From an uncultured virus (IMG/VR IMGVR_UViG_3300046511_000152) (Duplodnaviria > Heunggongvirae > Uroviricota > Caudoviricetes), in the IMG/VR virus record IMGVR_UViG_3300046511_000152: a stretch of 64,000 nt of DNA; one strand, given 5' to 3'. A program made the position numbers and the translations under genes. A model generated the notes under the pieces. The model worked only from the letters and a program-made list of their open reading frames with translations. It made no database searches and was not told the DNA's origin. Within the stretch, counting starts at the first letter, position 1. Each line of letters starts with the position of its first letter. Positions 18,874 to 27,729 of the stretch are shown one piece after another.

Positions 18874-20840
18874 TGAACGATCCACTGACTTCCCACGGCA
18901 GTATCGAGATCGTCCGCGCGATTGGTGACGAACCATATCGTATGCAGATGATCGACGTGGTGGTCTCGCGGATGAAACTGTCCGAGATGTACTTCACGGG
19001 CGTACGCCAGCGGTTCCCTCGGCTCTATGACCTGTGGCGCGGTACGTGGACAGGGCGCTTCCACCCGCACAAGAACAACGCGCACATCCCCCTCATCTAC
19101 TCCGCGATCTGGTCCGACGCTGCCCGCAAGGCCGCGACCTCGCTCTCGACCTACCCCATCATGGCCTTCATTGGCTACGGTCCTGACGACTCGCCCGTCT
19201 GCCGCAAGTGGGAGGGCCTGATCGCCGCGCAGATGAAGGACGACGACGCCTTCATGAAGGAAGTGGACAACATCGTGTCCGCCGACCTCTATGGTGTCTC
19301 GATCCAGCAGCACGGCTGGTGCCGCAAAGAGGAGTACCAGATTCTCGAATCCATCGACCGGATGCCGATCACGGGCAAGGTCGTGCGCTCCATCAAGAGG
19401 GGCAACGTCGTCACCTTCGACGGCCCCACGACCGAGCAGATCGACCTCCTCGACTTCTTCCCGCAGCCCGGTGTCAAGCGTCTCCGCGACATGAAGTGGG
19501 TCGTTCGCCGCTTCTTCCTCGACTGGGACGACGTGCTGTACATGGCGAAGCAGGGCATCTACGACGCCCGCGAGGTGGGACGCATCGCTCGCGAGGGCGG
19601 CGTCAACTCCCAGATCGCCGACCAGCAGTCCATGATCCGCCGCTTCGCCACCCGCGCTGGCATGGACGACGAGTCCATCCGCTGGATGGACAAGTACGCG
19701 CGGCCTATCGAAATCCTTGAGTTCTGGGGTGAGGTGCCCGGCGAACTCTCACCGGACGGCGAACTGAAGCGTGTCATCACGGTCGCCAACCGCCGCTACA
19801 TGCTCCGCAACAAGCCGAATCCGTTCTGGCACAAGAAGATTCCCTTCACGTCGTTCTCCCCCACGCCTGACCCGCACTACTTCTACGCGCCGGGCAAGGG
19901 TGAGATCATCGAGAAGCTCCAGATCATCGGCAACCGCTACCTCAACCAGTCGCTCGACGCGGCTGACCTCGTCGTGGACCCGATGTGGTTCTACGACCGT
20001 GCTGCAAACCTGAACACGAAGGCCCTGTACGCCCGCCCCGGTCGCTTCATCCCAGTGGATGGCAACCCGGCGAACGTCGTGGCCGCGATGCAGAAGGACC
20101 TCGCCGGGCTCACCGTCGCGGACCAGCGCATCTCGATGGTCAGCCAGTACGCACAGCAGGGCACGGGCATCATCGACGACGCAGTTCAGGGGCTCGGTGG
20201 CGACAGCCGCCAGACGGCTCGTGAGTTCGTCGGTCGCAGAGAGGCAGCGGGTAACCGCCTCGGCCTCGAAGCCCGTATCTACGAGGAGATGTCCCTCGAA
20301 CCGCACGCGAACATGATGGTCGCCATGGATAAGCAGTTCCTCGACACGCCCGCCGAGATCAAGATTCTCGGGGACGGCGCTCGCATCGACCCTGTGACGG
20401 GCAACCCGATCAGCGGCACGCGCGAGATCGTCACGGACGAGGACATGCTTATGAGCTACGCCGCCCGCGCGATGGGCGCGTCGATGGCCCTGTCCAAGAG
20501 CACTCAGCAGCAGAACATGATGGGCCTACTTCAGGCCCTCGGCACCCCGGTCGGTCAGTCAGTGATGGGCGCGATCAATGCGGTCAACTTCTGGCGGTCG
20601 ATCTTCCGGACGTTCGAGGTCCCGAACATGAACGAAATCTTCAACGGTGAGGGTCAGGCCGACTTTAACGGGCTCATCAACCAAGCCAACAACGGGCAGC
20701 CGGGTGGACTCGCGGCCGTTCCTACTTCCGGTCAGGTTGTCGCTGGCGGTGCGGGCGCTCTGCCCCTGCCGGGCGCACCGGGCACGAGTGGTCCGGGCGC
20801 TGTCCAGAACACGCTTCCTCCAATGCAGGGAGCGGCGTAA
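18870..20840 (+). CDS. portal protein
   Basis: ~656 aa; position after terL; IEILEFW and NPFWH...PF segments; Gln/Gly-rich tail typical of podovirus portals. Confidence 0.85.
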   Translation: MMNDPLTSHGSIEIVRAIGDEPYRMQMIDVVVSRMKLSEMYFTGVRQRFPRLYDLWRGTWTGRFHPHKNNAHIPLIYSAIWSDAARKAATSLSTYPIMAFIGYGPDDSPVCRKWEGLIAAQMKDDDAFMKEVDNIVSADLYGVSIQQHGWCRKEEYQILESIDRMPITGKVVRSIKRGNVVTFDGPTTEQIDLLDFFPQPGVKRLRDMKWVVRRFFLDWDDVLYMAKQGIYDAREVGRIAREGGVNSQIADQQSMIRRFATRAGMDDESIRWMDKYARPIEILEFWGEVPGELSPDGELKRVITVANRRYMLRNKPNPFWHKKIPFTSFSPTPDPHYFYAPGKGEIIEKLQIIGNRYLNQSLDAADLVVDPMWFYDRAANLNTKALYARPGRFIPVDGNPANVVAAMQKDLAGLTVADQRISMVSQYAQQGTGIIDDAVQGLGGDSRQTAREFVGRREAAGNRLGLEARIYEEMSLEPHANMMVAMDKQFLDTPAEIKILGDGARIDPVTGNPISGTREIVTDEDMLMSYAARAMGASMALSKSTQQQNMMGLLQALGTPVGQSVMGAINAVNFWRSIFRTFEVPNMNEIFNGEGQADFNGLINQANNGQPGGLAAVPTSGQVVAGGAGALPLPGAPGTSGPGAVQNTLPPMQGAA

Positions 20841-20852
20841 CAGAAAGGCGAC

Positions 20853-21254
20853 ATGGCTGACTTCAGGGAAGTGCTCGACATCGGGGTGCTGGATGACCAC
20901 GAGATCGGGCACATCGAATACATCCTCAACTCTCCGGCGTACGGCGATCACTTCGAGCCGTACCTGAAGCGTATGAGGGATCGACTCAACCAGTTGCTGC
21001 TGGACCCCTCGGAGGAGCGGGAGAAGATGTACCCGTACAAGTTCCTCATCGGCGGAATCTGCATGATCGATGGCCTGCTCGAACTCTTCGGCAAGCTGAT
21101 CAGCGAGACCCGCATCGAGCGGATGGCGCGTGCTGTCACCGAGAAGACGCCCAACCAGCAGTACCAGCAGATGCGGGAGCAGGGCCTCGTGAAGCCATCT
21201 GGCATGACGGCCCAACCCGCAGAGCCGGGTTACGATCCGGCTGAGGACTACTAG
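20853..21254 (+). CDS. hypothetical head-module protein
   Basis: ORF with RBS directly after the portal. Confidence 0.7.
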   Translation: MADFREVLDIGVLDDHEIGHIEYILNSPAYGDHFEPYLKRMRDRLNQLLLDPSEEREKMYPYKFLIGGICMIDGLLELFGKLISETRIERMARAVTEKTPNQQYQQMREQGLVKPSGMTAQPAEPGYDPAEDY

Positions 21255-21255
21255 C

Positions 21256-21450
21256 ATGGCAGGACGTAGATCACCCGTCAAGGTCGGCCCCGGCCGCGTT
21301 GACAAGGTAGCTCGTGCGATGCACGAGTTGAAGCACGGAGAACTTCACTCCGGCAGCAAGACTGGTCCCAAGGTGACGAGCCGCAAGCAGGCTATCGCCA
21401 TCGGTATCTCCGAACAAAAGAAGGAGAACGCTGGGGGCTACGACAAGTAG
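21256..21450 (+). CDS. small basic protein (DUF6496-like)
   Basis: MHE.K.GELHSGS..GPKVTSRKQAIAI.ISE motif. Confidence 0.75.
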   Translation: MAGRRSPVKVGPGRVDKVARAMHELKHGELHSGSKTGPKVTSRKQAIAIGISEQKKENAGGYDK

Positions 21451-21509
21451 TGCCAACCCTCGTGACGTGACAACCACCACGAGGAGCCCGCGAGGGCGAA
21501 GGGACACAC

Positions 21510-22664
21510 ATGAGCACGTTCGGTAGCTCGGAAGCAGACCAGAAGCTCCTGCGTAGCATCGCAGACAACATCGTTGGACCCGAAGTCGTGGACGTAATGG
21601 AGAGTCACGGCTGGCAGCAGGGAACTCCTCCACCGTTGGCCCCGAAGGCGGACAACCCGTCTCCCGAGGCTGCACCAAAGCCCGAGGCAGTAGTAGCGGC
21701 GGGGACTACCCCCGTGCCCGCTCCTGCTCCGAAGGGTGAGGCAGTTGCGGACCCGCTCACGGCAGCCGGGATCGACTTGGAGTCGCTCAAGGATGCCAAT
21801 GGGAAGTATCTTGGGAAGTACAACACTCCCCAAGAGTTCCTGAAGGGCGTCGGCAACGTCGTCAACATGGCGAAGACTGCGTTCTCGCGTAGTGAGGGAC
21901 TCCAGAGGGAACTGGACGAACTTCGTGCGAAGCCAGCCGTCGTCACATCGCCCGCCCCAACCCCCGGGGTGGCCCAGACCGCTGTAACGGATGCGTCGGC
22001 TTCGCTGGCCGCTGCACCCGTGAAGAGCGAGAAGCTCGCGAAGGTGCTCGCGAAGATCGCCGAGGAGGGTGGCCTCCTCGACGCTGAGAATCTTGTTGGC
22101 CTGATGGACGGTATCAGCGACCAGTCCAGACTACAGGCCGAACAGATTGCTGATGCAAAGCTCGAAGCTCGCGATACCGCGAAGACCGAGCAGGACAAAA
22201 TCTGGGAGGGTGTGGACGCCTACATGACGAAGACGTACCCTCGCTCCGTGGATTTTGTTGACGAGATGGGACTGCATGTCAGCACCCATCCCGTGCTCGC
22301 GAAGGCTGTCAAAGCCTTGTCCGCTCAGGGGGATCACATCGGCGCTACGGCCCTCGCGTGGGAGTCGTTCGAGAGAACGCTTCCGCCCGTGCAAGCCATG
22401 ACGCCCGAAGAGCGGGCTGCTGCTGAACGCATCGAAGCGAAAGGCGCAGCACAGGAGCAAGTTCGCAAGGAAGTCGTGGATGCCGCGCGGAAAGATGCGG
22501 GCGTCTCCGGCTCCTCCGTTTCCGGAGCACATGAGTCCATCGATGCTGGCGCATCAGCCGACGAGATCGCTGCTGCCGCCCGTGAGATGAACGCAACGGG
22601 ACTCGGCACCAAGTGGCGCATGTTGACCTTCGGAAAGGACCTCACCGGCCCGTACTTCGACTGA
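21510..22664 (+). CDS. putative capsid scaffolding protein
   Basis: Ala/Pro-rich helical protein with GKYNT..E motif, immediately before the capsid gene. Confidence 0.7.
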   Translation: MSTFGSSEADQKLLRSIADNIVGPEVVDVMESHGWQQGTPPPLAPKADNPSPEAAPKPEAVVAAGTTPVPAPAPKGEAVADPLTAAGIDLESLKDANGKYLGKYNTPQEFLKGVGNVVNMAKTAFSRSEGLQRELDELRAKPAVVTSPAPTPGVAQTAVTDASASLAAAPVKSEKLAKVLAKIAEEGGLLDAENLVGLMDGISDQSRLQAEQIADAKLEARDTAKTEQDKIWEGVDAYMTKTYPRSVDFVDEMGLHVSTHPVLAKAVKALSAQGDHIGATALAWESFERTLPPVQAMTPEERAAAERIEAKGAAQEQVRKEVVDAARKDAGVSGSSVSGAHESIDAGASADEIAAAAREMNATGLGTKWRMLTFGKDLTGPYFD

Positions 22665-22777
22665 AGTCCGGCCACAAGTTCAACCCTTACAGACCCCCTC
22701 GCTCTTATGTCTACACCCGGACCCCTACCCGCGTAGGCGCGTGTACATAACCGAGGTACGGTAGGAGGATCAAACCG

Positions 22778-23806
22778 ATGCCCGGTTCGACCCCTATTGG
22801 CAATGCAGGCGTCTACAAGTTCGGCATCTCGCCGGGCTCTGGCGTCAACAAGGAAGACCTTCTCGATCAGATCGTGAACGTCGATCCTTGGGATACTCCG
22901 TGGGTTTCTCAGGCCCCCAAGGTCGCGTGCCAGCACGTGTACCACCAGTGGCTTCAGGACACCCTCGGCTCGGTGGACACCACGTCCGCCGTGGAAGGTG
23001 CCGACTACACGTACGACACCTCCAGCACGCCGTCGCGTGAGTTCAACGTCACGATGATCCTCCGTCAGGACATCGGTGTTTCCGAGACGCAGCGCGCGGT
23101 GGATAGCGCGGGCTTCAAGGACGCCTATGCCTACGAAATCCAGAAGGCCACCAAGCGGCTCGCGATCAAGCTGGAGAAGGCTGTCTTCGCGGTCCTCACG
23201 ACCGCGACCGGCGCTTCCGGCACCGCGCGCGTGATGAAGGGCTTCCAGTCCTTCATCGTCACCAACACCGCCTTCGCAGGCGCGAACGCTGGCACCACGG
23301 TCGGTACGACCGCTGCTGACGGTCAGTTGGCGGCCGGTGACTTCAACGACATGCTCGAACTGATCTACCGCTCTGGCGGTAACCCCGAGCAGGTCTACGT
23401 TTCGCCCAAGATCAAGCGCCAGATTTCGGCGTTCACGGTCCCGGGTGCAGCGGCTGGTCAGCCGCACGCGCGTAACATCGCGGCGGTGGACAAGAAGCTC
23501 GTGTCGGCCATCGACTTCTATGACTCGGACTTCGGTCTGATTCAGGTCGTGCTCGACCGTTGGGTGGTGGAGTCTGCCAACACCGTGACTGCTCTCGCTT
23601 CGGCGACGGCGACGGGCGGCCAGATGTTCTTCCTCCAGCGCAACATGAACCGTCTGGCTTGGCTGCGTCCGATGACGCACCAGCTCGTCGGGAAGCGTGG
23701 CGACTCGGTTGCCGGTATCGTGGTCGGCGAGGTTACCCTCGAAGTCCTCAACGAGAAGGCGAACGGTCGTATGCTGGCTGTGAACAACAAGTCCAGCATC
23801 ACGTAA
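22778..23806 (+). CDS. major capsid protein (SU10/DUF5309-like)
   Basis: EDL.D.I.NVDP.DTP, H.W..D.L, Y.SDFG and GE.TLEV.NEKA motifs; strong RBS; terminator follows. Confidence 0.9.
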   Translation: MPGSTPIGNAGVYKFGISPGSGVNKEDLLDQIVNVDPWDTPWVSQAPKVACQHVYHQWLQDTLGSVDTTSAVEGADYTYDTSSTPSREFNVTMILRQDIGVSETQRAVDSAGFKDAYAYEIQKATKRLAIKLEKAVFAVLTTATGASGTARVMKGFQSFIVTNTAFAGANAGTTVGTTAADGQLAAGDFNDMLELIYRSGGNPEQVYVSPKIKRQISAFTVPGAAAGQPHARNIAAVDKKLVSAIDFYDSDFGLIQVVLDRWVVESANTVTALASATATGGQMFFLQRNMNRLAWLRPMTHQLVGKRGDSVAGIVVGEVTLEVLNEKANGRMLAVNNKSSIT

Positions 23807-23814
23807 GCAACTGA

Positions 23815-23844
23815 GTGAGGGGGGCTTCGGCCCCCCTCGCTTTG
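23815..23844 (+). terminator. intrinsic terminator-like hairpin with UUCG loop
   Basis: GAGGGGGGC-TTCG-GCCCCCCTC then CTTTG. Confidence 0.75.
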
Positions 23845-23858
23845 TCTAGGAGGTAGCA

Positions 23859-24957
23859 ATGGGAAGTGGCGGGTACGCCAAGAAAGCCCGTCCAGTCGCT
23901 GGTGGCCCCGAGCCGCCCATCGACGGGATCGAGGTGAGCAGCAATCCGGTCGAGTTTGTCGAAGCGGATACGTTCCAGACGAAAGAAGCCGCGAACAACG
24001 CGCAGGCCGATGGTGACAGCCCGTCATTCACGATGCCTCCATTCGCGGACGGGAAGGACTTGAGAGTTCGCGGGTAACCCCGCAAGGAGCAACCATGGGA
24101 ATGTTCGAGCAGCCAATCGGAAAGTGGAGTCAGCAGGACGTGATCCACACCCCCGGCAGCGAGGGCTCCGTCGCGAAGGAGAGTGGTAGCGAGTCGCTTC
24201 CCTCACCCGCGCACGATCAGATTCAGCCGGTTCTCGGCACGGTGACCAACGAAAACGCTTGGCCCTGTGGTGACAACCCCAGTATGTCCTTTGACGTGAG
24301 CCTCCCCGATCAGGGTGATCTGCGGGTCAAGGGCAGCAAGGGTGCGGACCCCTATCCGCAGATGCCCGGCGCGAAGTAATGGCCCGGAAGAACGCAGCGA
24401 AGCAGAGGTCGTTGGACGTGTCGGTGCCCAAGGTAAAGTTGCCGCCTGACATCGGAGCCGCCCTCGGCCGCAGGGCCGCGAACGCCTTTGTCTCAACGAA
24501 CGCGCGCACGGTCCCGAAGGCGTCGAAGATGAACACATCTGTTCCGGCACTCAAGCCGGGCAGCGGAGGTGTGTAATGGCTCGGAAGAAGATCAAGGAGC
24601 GGGGTGAGGTTTCTCCCGACTCAGCGATGGAAGAGGCTGGAGAGTCCAAGGCCGAGGAGGCTGCGGAGGACGCGGCCACCAAGAAGGACAACGCCAAGGC
24701 CAAGCCGAAGAAGGTCGGGGGTAAGTAACATGGCACGCAAGAACATCGCCCTCGCGCGCGCCGGTAACTACATCGCCCCGGTTGACACTGTGGGTATGGA
24801 CGATGCGATGAAGTTAACCCTCGGAGGCGGGAAGTCCGCCCCGATGGACAAGACGGAATCGGCATACGTCGGCCAAGCCAAGAACAAGGCCAGTGCGACG
24901 CAGGCAGTCCGCAACGCCCGCAAGGCCAACAAGGCTGCACCACTACCCGGCGAGTAA
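23859..24957 (+). other. five small low-complexity ORFs (23859-24077, 24095-24379, 24379-24576, 24576-24728, 24730-24957)
   Basis: Coupled ORFs with shared MARK(K/N) starts and DLRV(R/K)G motifs. Confidence 0.7.
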
Positions 24958-24958
24958 C

Positions 24959-24985
24959 CTCGTGGGGGCTTCGGCCCCCGACGAG
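24959..24985 (+). terminator. UUCG hairpin similar to the post-capsid hairpin
   Basis: CTCGT-GGGGGC-TTCG-GCCCCC-G-ACGAG; no U-tract. Confidence 0.5.
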
Positions 24986-25005
24986 TCCCTAGAAAGAGAG
25001 ACACC

Positions 25006-25431
25006 ATGTCCGAATCTGCTGACATCAAGATGTCCCGCATCCGGCGTGACAACAACGCCGAACTCAAGGTGCTCGCCAGCATCCTCCAGCCCGAGGTGCT
25101 CAAGCAGCACGTCCCGCGCCTGATGGATGTTCAGGAAGCCCGCGTCGCCCAGCGCAACATCGAGCGGCAGATGGCGGCCTTCCGCGACTTCGAGAAGGGC
25201 ACCCAGTTCCAGCACGTGGCCCAGATCGACCCCTCTGTCTGGTCGGCCATCCTCGAAATCTTCGCGAAGATCGACCCCGTGACGAACGAGCCGATGCACG
25301 ACGGACTGCTGTACAAGGAGGACTCGCGCGGGAACGTCGTCATCAACCGCCCGTTTTTCTACACCCTACTCGCCTACCTCCAAGCACATGGTTACGAGTG
25401 CGACATGCGTACCAAGAAGCGGCTCGTCTAA
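25006..25431 (+). CDS. hypothetical protein
   Basis: ORF with RBS; HVAQID segment. Confidence 0.7.
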   Translation: MSESADIKMSRIRRDNNAELKVLASILQPEVLKQHVPRLMDVQEARVAQRNIERQMAAFRDFEKGTQFQHVAQIDPSVWSAILEIFAKIDPVTNEPMHDGLLYKEDSRGNVVINRPFFYTLLAYLQAHGYECDMRTKKRLV

Positions 25432-25446
25432 GAAAGGCGGCACACA

Positions 25447-26748
25447 GTGGCTGATCACAGGCTCAACATCTGGACTACGAACCAAGTGCGGAACCCCGGC
25501 GCGTGCCAGTACTTCCGCATCAACACCCCCCTTAACTGCCTGTACGACCAGTTCGGCGTCGAGAGCTACGAGGACACGGGTGGCAACCCCGAGATGGACC
25601 TCGCAGCCATGTATCACGCCGACGTGATCCAGTACTACTCGCTGAACGGCCCCGGCACGCTGCACAAGATCAAGTCCGTGAACGCCATGGCTCCGGCCGA
25701 ACGTGACGGTGAACTCAAGGTTCCCCCCGCGTTCATCTACGACACCGATGACAACGCTGACTTCGTCCACCCGTTCAACTCGACCTTCGTGCACATGGGC
25801 GTGCGCGCGTATCCCGACGCCCACCTGCTGAAGCCGGGTGAGCAACTCATGTGGAAGGACTACCTCGGCAACGAGAACGGCTGCTGGATCGACCAAGAGA
25901 CGACCTCCGGACCGCTCACCTTCGACATCGCCCGCAACCTCTGGCTCATGAAGGTCCGGCACGAGATCATCCGCCAGTGCGACGGAGCGACCGTCTCCTC
26001 GCCTGCGCTCGCGTCCTACTTCAAGGACGTGATCGGGCAGCGGTTCGTCCACGTCTACCCGAACACGATCATCCCTGAGCACTACAAGTTCCCGTTCCGC
26101 TCAGTCCGGCAGAACCCGGACGAGATTCGCATCATCTGGCAGGGCTCCGCGTCCCACATCGTGGACTGGTATCCGCTCCGGAACGCAATCCGCGAGGTCG
26201 CCCTCAAGTACCCGAAGGTCAAGTGGGTCATCTTCGGCGAGTGGTTCCCCTTCGTCCACGACTCGATCCCCGACACACAGGTCGAACACCATGACTGGGT
26301 GGACTACAAGACGTACAAGCTCTACCGCTCGCTGCTCGACTGTGACATCAACCTCTGCCCGCTCGTCAACAACGCCTTCAACGTCTGCAAGTCAGCCATC
26401 AAGTGGTACGAGGCGGCAATGATGCCGGTCCCCGAGGCCACGCTGGCGCAGAACAGCGGTCCGTACCACGAGATCAAGGACGGCGAGACCGGCCTGCTCT
26501 TCGACACCCCCACTGAGTTCGTGGAGAAGCTGTCACTCCTGATCGAGGACGCGCAGCTTCGTCGTCGTCTCGGTGAGGCGTCCCATGAGTGGGTCATGAA
26601 CAACCGCCTCCCGCAGCACACGACCCCGGGCCTCTTGGAGTTCTACGAGGACACGCGGCTCCGGCAGAAGCGCAACCGCACCGGACAGAGCAAAATCATC
26701 CGGGCGACCGACAAAGACATCCAGACGCTCGCGAGGGCACGGAGATAA
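25447..26748 (+). CDS. GT-B fold glycosyltransferase (GT4-like)
   Basis: YDTDD, I.WQGSASH..D, DI.LCPL..NAFN.CKS.IKWYE and GETGLL motifs. Confidence 0.85.
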   Translation: MADHRLNIWTTNQVRNPGACQYFRINTPLNCLYDQFGVESYEDTGGNPEMDLAAMYHADVIQYYSLNGPGTLHKIKSVNAMAPAERDGELKVPPAFIYDTDDNADFVHPFNSTFVHMGVRAYPDAHLLKPGEQLMWKDYLGNENGCWIDQETTSGPLTFDIARNLWLMKVRHEIIRQCDGATVSSPALASYFKDVIGQRFVHVYPNTIIPEHYKFPFRSVRQNPDEIRIIWQGSASHIVDWYPLRNAIREVALKYPKVKWVIFGEWFPFVHDSIPDTQVEHHDWVDYKTYKLYRSLLDCDINLCPLVNNAFNVCKSAIKWYEAAMMPVPEATLAQNSGPYHEIKDGETGLLFDTPTEFVEKLSLLIEDAQLRRRLGEASHEWVMNNRLPQHTTPGLLEFYEDTRLRQKRNRTGQSKIIRATDKDIQTLARARR

Positions 26749-26751
26749 TCC

Positions 26752-27720
26752 ATGAGCATCAGCCGTAGTGACGCACGCACGTACATCGCCCGGATCATCG
26801 GCGGTGCCAACGACCCGAAGGTCCTCGACATGGCCGAGGAGGCCCTCGTTCGGGGCTTCTCGGACTGGCAGACAGCCAAGGACTGGGAGGACACGCTCAA
26901 GGACACGTCCTCGCTGGCGGGTGTGACCCTCACAGGGCACACGCACTTGGGCCAAGCGTACATCCACGAGGCGGGTGATCCGACGCCCGCGACAGGACTC
27001 CTGAACGCGATCAACGTCGGGGACACCTTCACGGCGGCCAGTGGCTTCACCGGGACCCTCACGGTCATCAGTTACACGCGCGACACGAACGGCAATATCA
27101 ACCTCGTCACCTTCGACCAGAACTCCACCGGCTCGGGCAACGTCGTGTTCACCAAGGTGGGCACCACGATCCCGATCCTCGTCGGCGTGCAGGACTACAA
27201 CGTCCCGCTCGACTTCTGGAAGCCCTACATGGCCCGGCTCACCTCGAAGGCCCAGTGGCCCATCGAGTACATCCGGCCCCGCTTTTGGAACCGGCGCACC
27301 CTGTCGAGTACGGTGCAGGGTCTCGTGGAGGCGTACACCATCTTCAACTCGATCAGCCCAAACACGCAGAACTTCGGGACCAAGCGGCTGCGCGTGTACC
27401 GTGTGCCCTCGGCTGTGGACACGCTGGAACTGACGTACTACCGGAAACTGAACGCCCTGTCCGATCCACTCGACATGAACGACGTGTACCTGTACAAGTT
27501 CCTCGATGACTGCCGCGCAATCCTCCTGAAGACGAAGCGCGCGCAGGACAACCCCGAGGCGTACATCAAGGACGCAGCGTCTGGGATCGAGAACGCGATG
27601 GTGTCCGACGAGGAAATCTCCGAGGACGAGGACAAGCGCATGATCTCCCAGATGGAGGTCGGCGACGCCCAGCGTCCGCTCTGGACCAACGGCCCCTTCA
27701 ACCCGGACTACGGCTTCTAA
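26752..27720 (+). CDS. putative head-tail adaptor with inserted Thr/Gly-rich beta module
   Basis: Position; G..DY..P.DF and LRVYRVP...TL.LTYY segments. Confidence 0.6.
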   Translation: MSISRSDARTYIARIIGGANDPKVLDMAEEALVRGFSDWQTAKDWEDTLKDTSSLAGVTLTGHTHLGQAYIHEAGDPTPATGLLNAINVGDTFTAASGFTGTLTVISYTRDTNGNINLVTFDQNSTGSGNVVFTKVGTTIPILVGVQDYNVPLDFWKPYMARLTSKAQWPIEYIRPRFWNRRTLSSTVQGLVEAYTIFNSISPNTQNFGTKRLRVYRVPSAVDTLELTYYRKLNALSDPLDMNDVYLYKFLDDCRAILLKTKRAQDNPEAYIKDAASGIENAMVSDEEISEDEDKRMISQMEVGDAQRPLWTNGPFNPDYGF

Positions 27721-27729
27721 GGAGTACTC

